Below are positions 8,525 through 17,936 of a stretch of 64,000 nucleotides of DNA, piece after piece. The notes below the pieces were generated by a model. The model was not told where the DNA came from and made no database searches. It worked only from the letters and a program-made list of their open reading frames with translations. Numbering within the stretch: position 1 is the stretch's first letter; every line of letters starts with the position of its first letter. Source of the DNA: an uncultured Clostridia bacterium (GTDB lineage Bacteria > Bacillota > Clostridia > Oscillospirales > Acutalibacteraceae); contig CALAUI010000018.1 in the NCBI GenBank assembly GCA_937892115.1, forward strand, positions 1,533 through 65,532, in the 5' to 3' direction. A program made the translations under genes and the position numbers.

Positions 8525-9228
8525 TGACGGGCAGGATTCATTCATTCCAGTCCCTCGGCACAGTTGACGGCCCCGGCATAAGAAACGTCGTTTTCATGCA
8601 GGGCTGTCCCCTGCGGTGTGCCTGCTGTCATAACCCCGACACGTGGGACTTTGACGGCGGCGAAGAAATCGAGGCGGATAAGCTCGTTGAGAAAATATCC
8701 CGTTTCCGTTCCTATTTCGGAAGTGAGGGCGGTGTGACCGCCTCCGGCGGAGAGCCCCTCTGTCAGTCGGAATTTCTGACTGAGTTGTTTTCCAAGCTGA
8801 AAAATGCGGGAATAAATACGGCACTTGATACCTCGGGATGTATTTACGGCGAACAGATTGAAAAGCTGCTGGAATATACTGACCTCGTTCTGCTTGACTG
8901 GAAATATGCCGATGCAGAGGATTATCTGCGATACACGAAATGCGACATAGAAAAGGTTGATTTTTTTCTTTCGGAGCTTGAAAAGAAAAATATACCCGTA
9001 TGGATACGCAGAGTAATCATTCCGGGGCTTAACGACGATGAAAGCTCAATGCTTCAGCTGAAATCGTTACGCGAAAAGTACACCTGCATAAAGAAAATCG
9101 AGCTGCTTCCGTTCAGAAAGCTCTGCCTTGAAAAATATCAGTCCATGGGCATTCCCTTTCCCTTTGAAAGCATTCCCGAAGCATCAAAGGCAGATACGGA
9201 AAAACTGGAAGCGGAATTTCTCGGATAA
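8521..9228 (+). CDS. pflA: pyruvate formate-lyase activating enzyme (radical SAM)
   Basis: [26 protein letters not shown] motif. The start overlaps the pflB stop (ATGTGATG). Confidence 0.93.
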   Translation: MMTGRIHSFQSLGTVDGPGIRNVVFMQGCPLRCACCHNPDTWDFDGGEEIEADKLVEKISRFRSYFGSEGGVTASGGEPLCQSEFLTELFSKLKNAGINTALDTSGCIYGEQIEKLLEYTDLVLLDWKYADAEDYLRYTKCDIEKVDFFLSELEKKNIPVWIRRVIIPGLNDDESSMLQLKSLREKYTCIKKIELLPFRKLCLEKYQSMGIPFPFESIPEASKADTEKLEAEFLG

Positions 9229-9233
9229 ACTAT

Positions 9234-9262
9234 CGGCAATCTTCGGATTGCCGTTTTTATTT
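9234..9262 (+). terminator. intrinsic terminator after pflA
   Basis: CGGCAATC-ttcg-GATTGCCG followed by TTTTTATTT. Confidence 0.8.
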
Positions 9263-9330
9263 CGCTTTTATATTGATTTACAGCCCGTAAATATGATACT
9301 TTATACTTAAATTCAGCCGGGAGGAACGTA

Positions 9331-10113
9331 ATGATGAGTATTTCGTTGATTTTTAAGATTATCTCTGCCTGGATAATGAGCATATTCACCGCCTTGGGCA
9401 GTATATCCGGAATGGCGGCGCCTCAAAGCAAAGCCGCTATGATGGCTCACAGAGGATATTCCTTTATGTATCCCGAAAATACGGAGCTTGCCTTTGTTGA
9501 AGCGGCAAAGCACGGTGCAGAGGGTGTGGAAACAGATCTGCGTATCACCAAGGACGGTGTTTACGTACTCAATCACAACGCCGACGTTGTTTTTAACGAC
9601 GGCAGTAAGCTTGTGATTGCAGACAGTACGTATGAGGAGCTTACGGCAAAACCTTTAAGAAACCTCAAGACCTTTGACAAGGTTTATCTCTGTTCCTATG
9701 AAAGATTCCTTGAAGTAATGAAGGAATATGACCTTGAATTCTACATTGAATTTAAGGTGAGTGCAACGGAGGAGCTCATCAGGGACGTTTTTTCAATTGC
9801 AGAGGAAAAATACGACCTTTCAAAATGCATCTACGAATCTCCCCGTATTAACGACCTGATAATCGCAAGAAAGCTTTTCCCGGATATGCCTGCAATGTTC
9901 GTTATCGGCGAGAACGGTATCGACTACGGCAAATGCTTTGAATACAATCTTTCCGCCGATGTCAAATACGGGATAATAACGGAAGAAATGGTAGAGGAGT
10001 TTCACTCAAGAGGGCTTAAAATCGGCTCCTGGACCTGCGACGATCCCTTCACAATCGCCTATTCAAACTCATTGGGTGTGGACTATATCGAATCAAACGT
10101 ATTTTGCAAATAA
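9331..10113 (+). CDS. glycerophosphodiester phosphodiesterase family protein (GDPD), N-terminal membrane anchor/signal
   Basis: AHRGYS..PENT..AF..A...GA.GVETDLRITKDG motif. Hydrophobic N-terminus ISLIFKIISAWIMSIFTALG. RBS is GGGAGGAA. Confidence 0.85.
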   Translation: MMSISLIFKIISAWIMSIFTALGSISGMAAPQSKAAMMAHRGYSFMYPENTELAFVEAAKHGAEGVETDLRITKDGVYVLNHNADVVFNDGSKLVIADSTYEELTAKPLRNLKTFDKVYLCSYERFLEVMKEYDLEFYIEFKVSATEELIRDVFSIAEEKYDLSKCIYESPRINDLIIARKLFPDMPAMFVIGENGIDYGKCFEYNLSADVKYGIITEEMVEEFHSRGLKIGSWTCDDPFTIAYSNSLGVDYIESNVFCK

Positions 10114-10137
10114 AACTTAACGAAACAGAGGAACGCT

Positions 10138-11190
10138 ATGAAAACAGAAGATTTTGATAAAAATTTCCTTGTCGGCACTCCCGACGAAAACGGTCTGTGC
10201 TACATGAACATTACGGAAAAGCCATTTGTCACCTACGGGCTTATGGCTTCCGATAAAAAGGGATATCACAGAATGAATCCCGACGTTGCTGAAAAATGCA
10301 ATGACGGCGTGGCATTTCTCAATTACCATACCGCAGGGGGCAGAGTAAGATTTGCAACCGATTCCGACACGATTTCAATAAAATCGGAATCCGTCTTTAT
10401 GTCAAAGATGCCTCACATGGCATTCACCGGCAGTATCGGCTTTGACTTATACGAAAAGCGTGACAACGAATACGTTTACAGGGGCTCGTTCATTCCCCCC
10501 GTTGATATTGAAGACGGGTACACCTCGTCAATAAACGTAGGTGAAGGCGGAATGAGAGACTATACGGTCAACTTTCCTCTCTACGGCGGCGTAAAGAAGC
10601 TGGAAATCGGTCTTAAAGCCGGCAGTAAGCTTGCGGCGGGCGAAAAATACCGCGATATTCTTCCCGTGGTATATTACGGCTCGTCAATCACTCAGGGGGG
10701 ATGCGCTTCAAGACCCGGAAACGCTTATCAGACGATAGTGACAAGAAAGCTGGATATTGACCATATCAATCTCGGCTTTTCCGGCTCGGCAAAGGCGGAA
10801 AAGGCAATGTGCGACTACCTTGCAGAGCTTGAAATGTCGGTTTTCGTCTGCGACTATGACCACAATGCTCCCACTCTTGAGCATCTGCAGAAGACTCTTC
10901 CCGTGCTGATTGAAACATTCAGGAAGAAACAGCCCGAAACACCGATAATAATGATGTCAAGACCGCAGTGCAGACCCAACGAAGACGAAATTGCAAGGCG
11001 TAATACGGTAAAAAGCGTTTACGAAAGTCAGCTTGCAAAGGGCGATAAAAACATTTACTTTATTGACGGCAGCAAGATTACTCTTTTCTTCGGCGGTGAC
11101 AGTGCAACCGTTGACGGCTCTCATCCGAACGACCTCGGATTCATGTGTATGGCAAAATCCGTATGGGAAGTGCTTGAAAAAATAATATAA
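10138..11190 (+). CDS. SGNH/GDSL-family hydrolase (esterase) with N-terminal beta-rich domain
   Basis: Block I YYGSSITQG and block V DGSHPNDLGF. 350 aa. Confidence 0.8.
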   Translation: MKTEDFDKNFLVGTPDENGLCYMNITEKPFVTYGLMASDKKGYHRMNPDVAEKCNDGVAFLNYHTAGGRVRFATDSDTISIKSESVFMSKMPHMAFTGSIGFDLYEKRDNEYVYRGSFIPPVDIEDGYTSSINVGEGGMRDYTVNFPLYGGVKKLEIGLKAGSKLAAGEKYRDILPVVYYGSSITQGGCASRPGNAYQTIVTRKLDIDHINLGFSGSAKAEKAMCDYLAELEMSVFVCDYDHNAPTLEHLQKTLPVLIETFRKKQPETPIIMMSRPQCRPNEDEIARRNTVKSVYESQLAKGDKNIYFIDGSKITLFFGGDSATVDGSHPNDLGFMCMAKSVWEVLEKII

Positions 11191-11196
11191 GTATAT

Positions 11197-11230
11197 GGCG
11201 GATATTATGAGGATATCCGCCTTTTCTTAT
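11197..11230 (+). terminator. intrinsic terminator
   Basis: GGCGGATAT-tatgagg-ATATCCGCC followed by TTTTCTTATT. Confidence 0.8.
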
Positions 11231-11258
11231 TGATAACCGCGTTCAGTTATGCTATAAT
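11230..11258 (+). promoter_or_regulatory. sigma-A-like promoter
   Basis: TTGATA-17 nt-TATAAT. It leaves only a very short leader before the permease gene. Confidence 0.55.
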
Positions 11259-11278
11259 TTCACAAATTGTTTTTCGGG

Positions 11279-12415
11279 ATGCAAAAAATGACAAAAGTAA
11301 AAGATTTTCTCAAAAAAGATATTATGCTGGTTGTGGCGGTAATCGCCGCAATCGTTTCCCTTTTCATAACAAAACCGAGTATGGCACTGGTGTCCTCCAT
11401 TGACTGGAAAACCCTTGCCACACTTTTTATGCTGCTTTCCGTTCTTGACGGCTTCAAGCACGAAAACCTGTTTCAGCCCCTTATCAATCTTGCGGGCAAA
11501 ATCGGCACACAGACGGGTCTGACATTTTTCCTCGTATTTTCCGTTTTCTTTTCCTCAATGTTCGTGACAAACGACGTGTCGCTTATCATTTTCGTTCCGC
11601 TGACAATTATCCTTTTCCGTGCGGGAGGCAAGGAAAAATACACAATTCCCGTACTTGTACTTGAAAATATTGCGGCTATCCGCGGCTCTCTGCTGACTCC
11701 ATTCGGCAGTCCGCAGAACCTGTTTCTCTATTCGGGAAGCGGTATTCACGCCGTTGATTTTCTCAAAATGATGCTGCCGCTCAATATCGGAAGCGCGGTT
11801 TTGCTGTCAATATTCATTCTGATAATGTACCGCAAAAATCCGAAGGAAAAGATAGGCGGAAGCGAAGAGCTGAATGCAGTATGGGAAAAAGAAGGCAGAG
11901 CGAAAAGAATACTGTATTTTTCTCTTTTCGCAATTATTATTGTCATGATAGTCTCAAGGACTTCACTCTGGCCTTATGTCACCGCTCTGACGGTGATCGC
12001 CCTGCTGATTTTTGACAGAAAAGTATTCCTGAGGGTAGACTATGCTCTTATTTTTACCTTTCTCTGCTTCTTTGTCTTTTCATCCTCCCTTTCCGCAAAT
12101 CCTGCCGTTTCGGAATTTCTCAGAAAGAGCGTGGCAGGCAGGGAATATCTTTGGAGCATTCTCCTCAGCCAGGTGATTTCAAACGTTCCCGCAGCTATAG
12201 TTCTGTGGCCGTTCACCGCCAATCTGAAGGCACTTATATACGGTCTTGATTCCGCGGGACTCTGCTCAATAATCGGCTCTCTGGCATCGGTCATCAATAT
12301 GAGAATATATACAAAGGAATATCCCGGCAACGGTCTGAAATTCATGTGGAAATTTGAAGTCATTTCCCTCGCATTCTTTGCCGTTGTGGTAATTCCCCAG
12401 TATTTTTTAATCTGA
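11279..12415 (+). CDS. anion permease of the ArsB/NhaD (YbiR/CitMHS-like) superfamily
   Basis: Polytopic membrane protein with patterns typical of this superfamily (SMFVTNDVSLIIFVP, LTPFGSPQNL). The start is uncertain (ATG 11279 or 11288, with the track's TTG at 11267) and no clear SD is present. Confidence 0.65.
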   Translation: MQKMTKVKDFLKKDIMLVVAVIAAIVSLFITKPSMALVSSIDWKTLATLFMLLSVLDGFKHENLFQPLINLAGKIGTQTGLTFFLVFSVFFSSMFVTNDVSLIIFVPLTIILFRAGGKEKYTIPVLVLENIAAIRGSLLTPFGSPQNLFLYSGSGIHAVDFLKMMLPLNIGSAVLLSIFILIMYRKNPKEKIGGSEELNAVWEKEGRAKRILYFSLFAIIIVMIVSRTSLWPYVTALTVIALLIFDRKVFLRVDYALIFTFLCFFVFSSSLSANPAVSEFLRKSVAGREYLWSILLSQVISNVPAAIVLWPFTANLKALIYGLDSAGLCSIIGSLASVINMRIYTKEYPGNGLKFMWKFEVISLAFFAVVVIPQYFLI

Positions 12416-12440
12416 ATTAACTCAAAGTGAGGTAGTATAA

Positions 12441-13562
12441 ATGAACAAATACGATATCGCGGCGTTTATCTGGCCCTCCTATACGGGAGACGAAAACAGA
12501 ACGAGGATTTTCTGGCCAGAGGGTTACGGTGAGTGGCAGACGGTCAAGGCAATGACAAACAAGGGCTACGACGGCTGCAGATGGCCCCGCAAGCCCCTCT
12601 GGGGATACGTCAACGAGGCGGACCCCAGGATAATGGAAATGCAGATTCAGTGTGCAGTTGACTACGGTGTAAACACGTTCATCTACGACTGGTACTGGTT
12701 TGATGACCGTCCCTTCCTTGAAAATTGCCTTAACGACGGCTTCCTCAAGGCAAGGAACAACAAGGATATGAAATTCTATCTGATGTGGGCAAACCACGAC
12801 GCCACACATCTGTGGGACAAGCGCAATTCCGCAGACCTTTCAACCGTTATCTGGAAGGGCGCCGTAACTCCCGATATATGGGATAAGATTACGGACCGCA
12901 CCATAGAAAAATACTTTTCAATTGATAATTATTACAAGATTGACGGCTGTCCCGTCTATATGATATTTGACATTGATAATTTTCTCAGAACCTTCGGCAC
13001 AAGCGAAAAAGCAAAAGCGGGGCTTGACCTTTTCAGAGAAAAGACAGTCAAAGCCGGTTTCCCCGGTCTTCACATTCAGATAGTCCACTGGAGAAGGAGA
13101 ACCTATGGCTGGCTTCCCGACGGTGACTCTGCAAAGGGATGTACCATTGAGCAGTTATATTCATTTTTAGGTGCGGATTCCGTTACCAATTACAACTGGG
13201 GCGGCTCGGCAAATCTTGACGGCGATTATTCCGCGATTACCGATGAATATATGGAAAGCATCACAAAGACCGACGGCAATATTTCCATTCCGTATTATCC
13301 CAACATTACAATCGGCTGGGATAATAACGTGAGATTCAACGGCTTCATACCCGGCGTGGTAAAGAACAACACCCCCGAGGCGTTCGGTGAAGCATGCCGC
13401 AGAGTAAAGGAATTTGCAGACAAAAAGCTTGCCGACGGTAAAATGAAGGCACCCCTCATTACGGTCAACAGCTGGAACGAATGGACGGAAACAAGTTATC
13501 TTCAGCCCGACGACCTTTACGGCTACGGATATCTTGAAGAAATAAAGAAAATTTTCGGATAA
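12441..13562 (+). CDS. GH99-like / WbsX-family (Glyco_tran_WbsX) protein
   Basis: N-terminal pattern FIWPSY..FWPEGYGEW..V.....PR.PLWGY....DP..M..Q...A..YGV..F.YDWYWF matches the WbsX/GH99-like signature as I recall it. RBS is GTGAGG. Confidence 0.65.
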   Translation: MNKYDIAAFIWPSYTGDENRTRIFWPEGYGEWQTVKAMTNKGYDGCRWPRKPLWGYVNEADPRIMEMQIQCAVDYGVNTFIYDWYWFDDRPFLENCLNDGFLKARNNKDMKFYLMWANHDATHLWDKRNSADLSTVIWKGAVTPDIWDKITDRTIEKYFSIDNYYKIDGCPVYMIFDIDNFLRTFGTSEKAKAGLDLFREKTVKAGFPGLHIQIVHWRRRTYGWLPDGDSAKGCTIEQLYSFLGADSVTNYNWGGSANLDGDYSAITDEYMESITKTDGNISIPYYPNITIGWDNNVRFNGFIPGVVKNNTPEAFGEACRRVKEFADKKLADGKMKAPLITVNSWNEWTETSYLQPDDLYGYGYLEEIKKIFG

Positions 13563-13573
13563 GGAGATAAATC

Positions 13574-14353
13574 ATGGCAAAAGTAACGGTAGTATTCAAA
13601 ATGATAGGTGCAACAATAGTTGCCCTTTTCACCGCAATCGGCGGTTTATTCGGTTTCGCACCCGAAAGCAGCGTATGTATGATCGCCCACAGAGGATATT
13701 CGGGCTCATATCCCGAAAACACGGAGCTTGCCTTCGTTGAAGCGGCAAAGCACGGCTCAGGCGGAGCCGAAACCGACGTACGTATGACCAAAGACGGCGT
13801 TTACGTGCTCAGTCATAACAGCAGTGCGGTAATGGAAGACGGCACGGAAATGGCTATCGCAGATTACACCTACGAGGAGCTTACGGCTCAGCCCCTCAAA
13901 AATAAAAAAACAGACGATAAGGTATATCTCTGCACCTTCAAAAGATACCTTGAGGTAATGAAGGAAAACGATATGGTCTGCTTCATTGAGCTCAAAGGCG
14001 ATTTCACAAAGGAACAGGTTAAAGAAATTTTCACTATCGCAGAAGAAACCTACGACCTTTCGAAGTGCATCCTGCAGTCCTTTGAATTTGACAATCTCAT
14101 TTCAGCCCGTGAGCTTTTCCCCGACCTTCCCCTTATGCTGACGTACGGCTACGGCGACGGCGATTATTCCAAGTGCTTTGAATACGGCATTTCCATAGAT
14201 GCGGAGTATTGGGCAATTACAGATGAAATGGTAAAGGAATTTCACGATAACGGTCTTGAGGTAGGTGCCTGGACCGCAAACATTTATCCCGTTATTGCTT
14301 TCTGCAAATCCGCGGGAGTTGACTATATTGAATCCGACGTATACGGCGGCTGA
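13574..14353 (+). CDS. glycerophosphodiester phosphodiesterase family protein (GDPD), paralogue of 9331-10113
   Basis: IAHRGYSGSYPENTELAFVEAAKHGSGGAETDVRMTKDG motif, the same length, and the same hydrophobic N-terminus. RBS is AAGGAG. Confidence 0.85.
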   Translation: MAKVTVVFKMIGATIVALFTAIGGLFGFAPESSVCMIAHRGYSGSYPENTELAFVEAAKHGSGGAETDVRMTKDGVYVLSHNSSAVMEDGTEMAIADYTYEELTAQPLKNKKTDDKVYLCTFKRYLEVMKENDMVCFIELKGDFTKEQVKEIFTIAEETYDLSKCILQSFEFDNLISARELFPDLPLMLTYGYGDGDYSKCFEYGISIDAEYWAITDEMVKEFHDNGLEVGAWTANIYPVIAFCKSAGVDYIESDVYGG

Positions 14354-14371
14354 AAATATATTGAAATAAGA

Positions 14372-14412
14372 ATCCGGCAGAGCAATCTGTCGGATTTTTG
14401 CTTTTATTTTTA
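14372..14412 (+). terminator. intrinsic terminator
   Basis: ATCCGGCAGA-gcaa-TCTGTCGGAT followed by TTTTTGCTTTTATTTTT. Confidence 0.8.
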
Positions 14413-14426
14413 TAAAGTTTGCAATA

Positions 14427-14455
14427 TTGATTTTACTGTATTTATGTTTTATAAT
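14427..14455 (+). promoter_or_regulatory. sigma-A-like promoter
   Basis: TTGATT-17 nt-TATAAT, 29 nt upstream of ATG 14484. Confidence 0.55.
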
Positions 14456-14483
14456 GGACTAAATATGTGTTAGGAGGTAGATT

Positions 14484-15383
14484 ATGGCAGTCTGTCCCAG
14501 ATGCGGTCATAAACTGCACATTTATGACTGGAAACCGAATTGCCCCGGATGCGGCGTAAATATGGTCTACTATAATTCCAACGAACGCCTGCTGGCGGAA
14601 ACAGAGGCATCGGAAATAGAGCATGCCCGCTTTCAGCCGAAGGTTGACAGAGCAAAAGCATCCACCATCGGCTCACCCATTACGTGGGTAAGACTCGTCT
14701 GCTCCGTGCTTGTGCTGGCGGTATTCCTCATAGTTCCCCTTGCAAAGGTCAATTTTACCCTTCCCGTTTCGGGAAAGGTCGACGTAACCATGACAGGTCT
14801 GAATTTCTTTACCTTTGTAACCGGGATCGACGCCACCGCCCTTATGGCAATGCTGGGTGTGAAGGTCTTTAAGAAAGCATTGATATTCCTTGCAATATCG
14901 GTTGTAACTCTCGCGCTGTCGGTCGTGTGGATTTTTGTCAGTCTGATTGCGCTCGTTGCTTCTCTCGGTCCCAAGGGCAAGCAGAGAAATATATTCAACC
15001 ACTCCTTCCAGATAGTTCTTACGGTTATCAGCGCCGTTTTCTTTACCCTGTTTTCTTCAAATATGGCTCTTGCCCTGCCCTATGAAGGAAGTCTCGGTTG
15101 GGGCGTTGCAGTTTATCTCTTATTCTTCTTTATCCTGCTGGCTATTGACATTATTACCGCAGTAAAGGGCATTGAAGTAAAATATACTCCCTGCTTCATC
15201 GGCGGTATTCCCGGCGACGAATATTTCAAAATGGTCGAAGAGGGCGTAAGCGAGCTTGAAATCCGCAAAAAGATGGTTGATATTCTCACCGTCATGCAGG
15301 AGGAATTCAGGGCACGCGATGCCGAAGCCAGAGCAAAAGCCGCGGCTGAGGAAGAAGAAAGACGAAGCAGGAGGAAAAAGTAA
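14484..15383 (+). CDS. zinc-ribbon-containing polytopic membrane protein, function unknown
   Basis: N-terminal CPRCG..(14)..CPGCG, then about 5-6 hydrophobic helices and a Lys/Glu/Arg-rich C-terminal tail. RBS is TAGGAGG. The stop overlaps the next start (TAATG). Confidence 0.65.
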   Translation: MAVCPRCGHKLHIYDWKPNCPGCGVNMVYYNSNERLLAETEASEIEHARFQPKVDRAKASTIGSPITWVRLVCSVLVLAVFLIVPLAKVNFTLPVSGKVDVTMTGLNFFTFVTGIDATALMAMLGVKVFKKALIFLAISVVTLALSVVWIFVSLIALVASLGPKGKQRNIFNHSFQIVLTVISAVFFTLFSSNMALALPYEGSLGWGVAVYLLFFFILLAIDIITAVKGIEVKYTPCFIGGIPGDEYFKMVEEGVSELEIRKKMVDILTVMQEEFRARDAEARAKAAAEEEERRSRRKK

Positions 15384-16963
15384 TGGACGACAGAATTTAT
15401 ACTCCTGAAGAGCAAAACGAACTGAACGAGATCAATGGCAAGCTTCGTGAGCTTGTTGACGTTGACAGACGCGTAATCTCCCGCAAAGAAACGATTTCCT
15501 ATATTCTTTTCAACAGTGCAAAGGGCTTCAACATTGACGGCCATAAGGATCTGTTTACCGACTCTATCCTTCATATCGGCTTCAATTTCCAGTCAATCAA
15601 CAACGCTCTCGGCAGCGTATGGGATATACTTGACGATTTCCTCGTTGCATTCGTAGTTGAAAAGACAAGAACAAGATGGGGCAAATTCGTTCCCTATATA
15701 TTCCTCGGCGGTATTCCCTTTGCCCTGCTTTCCGCTCTGTGGTGGCTCATTCCCCTTTTCTTTTCCCCGGAACAGCTTGCAAATACGGAATATGTTCCCA
15801 AATTCGTACTGAGTCTTGTCATCGGTCTTATCATGGAGCTTGTAGGCAATTTCAGAGACGTTTCCATAGGCGGATTCGTTTCCACCATTACCCCCTACGC
15901 ATCCGACAGACGAAGACTGCTGGCGATTTCGGACTATGTTAATATCATCGCTTCCCGTATTCCCGACCTTATTATTGAGTTTACACTCGACTTTATCAAG
16001 AACGGACTTGTCAAGGTCACAAACGGTACGGATGCAATGATAAAGAAATCACTTATGATAATGGGTCCCACCACGGCGCTTATCGGCGGCGTATTCATCG
16101 CCTGGTACTCAACCGTTGCAAAAGAAAGAGTACATCAGAAGATTGAAAAGCCCAAAATCAAAGAAAGTCTTAAAATCGTATTCTCCAACAGACCCATACT
16201 CATGTATATGCTCTCAAATGCACTCGGCTCATTCGGAACGGGTCTTTCCACCAACGACTATTACCGTCAGGTACTCAATATGACTACCTTTGAAACCATA
16301 GCGGGCATTCCCTCATTTTTCTTCCAGCCCATCGGTTTCTCACAGTACAACAAGGTTGCGGAGAAATATTCCACAAAGAGTCTGTATATGATTTCTCAGG
16401 TATTCGCAAAGACGTTTTATATTCCTCTCTGGTTTTACGGCAGATTCATTCATTCAAAGGACGGAAAATACTTCTTCCAGGGCAGGATTCCCATGCTTCC
16501 CGTTACGGCAATATGGGAATGCATCTATGCTACATGGTGGGGTATCAGGACGATATCCATCACGGAAATCAGCAATGAATGCAACGACTACATCGAGTGG
16601 AAATGCGGTTACCGCAACGAAGCAACCCTTTCGGTTGCAAGCACCTTTATATGTAAGATTCCCGGCCGTATAAACGGCATCCTTCAGCCGCAGCTGAGGA
16701 AGTGGATAAATTACGACCAGACCGCCTACACCGAGGGCAGAGAACAGCCCCTGAAGGCACAGAAATGGATATTCGCAATGGCTACGCTTATCCCCGCAAT
16801 TCTCGTTCTTTCAAGTATGATTCCCATGTTCTGGTACAATATTGACAAGGACACCCGCGACAGAATGTACCGTGAGCTTAACGAGAGAAGAACTCTCATG
16901 GCAAAGAAAATCAATATGGAAGCTGACGGCGTTTCCGAAGAAGCAGCCGTTACAGAAGCGTGA
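15383..16963 (+). CDS. GPH-family (MelB-like glycoside-pentoside-hexuronide) MFS symporter
   Basis: Signature DILDDFLVAFVVEKTRTRWGKFVPYIF and about 12 hydrophobic segments. RBS AGGAGGAAAAAG lies inside the upstream gene. Confidence 0.75.
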   Translation: MDDRIYTPEEQNELNEINGKLRELVDVDRRVISRKETISYILFNSAKGFNIDGHKDLFTDSILHIGFNFQSINNALGSVWDILDDFLVAFVVEKTRTRWGKFVPYIFLGGIPFALLSALWWLIPLFFSPEQLANTEYVPKFVLSLVIGLIMELVGNFRDVSIGGFVSTITPYASDRRRLLAISDYVNIIASRIPDLIIEFTLDFIKNGLVKVTNGTDAMIKKSLMIMGPTTALIGGVFIAWYSTVAKERVHQKIEKPKIKESLKIVFSNRPILMYMLSNALGSFGTGLSTNDYYRQVLNMTTFETIAGIPSFFFQPIGFSQYNKVAEKYSTKSLYMISQVFAKTFYIPLWFYGRFIHSKDGKYFFQGRIPMLPVTAIWECIYATWWGIRTISITEISNECNDYIEWKCGYRNEATLSVASTFICKIPGRINGILQPQLRKWINYDQTAYTEGREQPLKAQKWIFAMATLIPAILVLSSMIPMFWYNIDKDTRDRMYRELNERRTLMAKKINMEADGVSEEAAVTEA

Positions 16964-16974
16964 AGGAGAAAATT

Positions 16975-17883
16975 ATGGACAGATATCTGATTATCAACGC
17001 CGATGATTTCGGTATGTGCAGAGGGGCAAATCTCGCAGTTATGGATTTGCTCACGGACAAGGACAGCGCTCTTACGTCATCAACGGTCATGACCCCCTGC
17101 GCCTGGGCACCCGAGGCGTGTCAGTTTGCAAACAAGCATCCTGAGCTTGCCATCGGTGTACACCTGACGTTTACAAGCGAATGGTCAAAATACAGATGGG
17201 CTCCCGTTAATACGAGCAACACCGATTCCCTGCGTGACGGCGAGGGCTTCATGTTCCATGAAAGCGATGAATTTGAAAAGAACGCAAACGTTGAGGAAGT
17301 AATCGGTGAAATCAAGGCACAGGTTGCAAGGTGTAAAGTACTTGGCCTTGACAATCCCTCACATCTTGACAATCACATGGGCTCGCTTTACGGCATTGAA
17401 ACCGGCAGATTCGAGCTGCTTCAGGCAACCCTCGGTGTCTGCGGTGAGCTTGGTCTTCCTTTCCGTCTTCCTTCAAAAATTACAGCGGAAATGTTCTCAA
17501 ATTCAATGCTTGAAATAAACATTGACGCAAACATGGTCAATGCTGCATTCGGTCAGATTACCGGCTATGCAGACAGTCTCAGAGTAGCTCTGCCCGATTA
17601 TCTCATTCCCAACGAATGGGGCGGACCGCAGGACGAAAGCTACGAAAGCTTCAGGGAATATCTGCTGACAATGTATGCGAATATGCCCGAGGGCATCACC
17701 GAAACCTATCTTCATCCCTCACTTGAGACCGATGACCTGAAAGGTACGTCTTCGGTATGGTGGAGAAGAACGTGGGAATACAAGGTAATGAAGGACCCCG
17801 CAACAAAGCAGCATCTTGAAGCCCACAACATTCAGCTTATCAATTACCGTGACCTTGCCAAGATGAGAGGTTACGCAAAATAA
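16975..17883 (+). CDS. YdjC/ChbG/HpnK-family carbohydrate de-N-acetylase
   Basis: N-terminal LIINADDFGM motif. Start set at ATG 16975 after AAGGAG (the track's GTG 16960 overlaps the upstream stop). Confidence 0.8.
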   Translation: MDRYLIINADDFGMCRGANLAVMDLLTDKDSALTSSTVMTPCAWAPEACQFANKHPELAIGVHLTFTSEWSKYRWAPVNTSNTDSLRDGEGFMFHESDEFEKNANVEEVIGEIKAQVARCKVLGLDNPSHLDNHMGSLYGIETGRFELLQATLGVCGELGLPFRLPSKITAEMFSNSMLEINIDANMVNAAFGQITGYADSLRVALPDYLIPNEWGGPQDESYESFREYLLTMYANMPEGITETYLHPSLETDDLKGTSSVWWRRTWEYKVMKDPATKQHLEAHNIQLINYRDLAKMRGYAK

Positions 17884-17893
17884 TAACCGATTT

Positions 17894-17921
17894 CAGCCGA
17901 CAGTAATCTGCCGGCTGTTTT
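17894..17921 (+). terminator. weak internal hairpin / partial terminator
   Basis: CAGCCGACAG-taat-CTGCCGGCTG (one mismatch) followed by only TTTT. No promoter is visible before the next gene. Confidence 0.35.
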
Positions 17922-17936
17922 GAAAGAGGAAGCACT

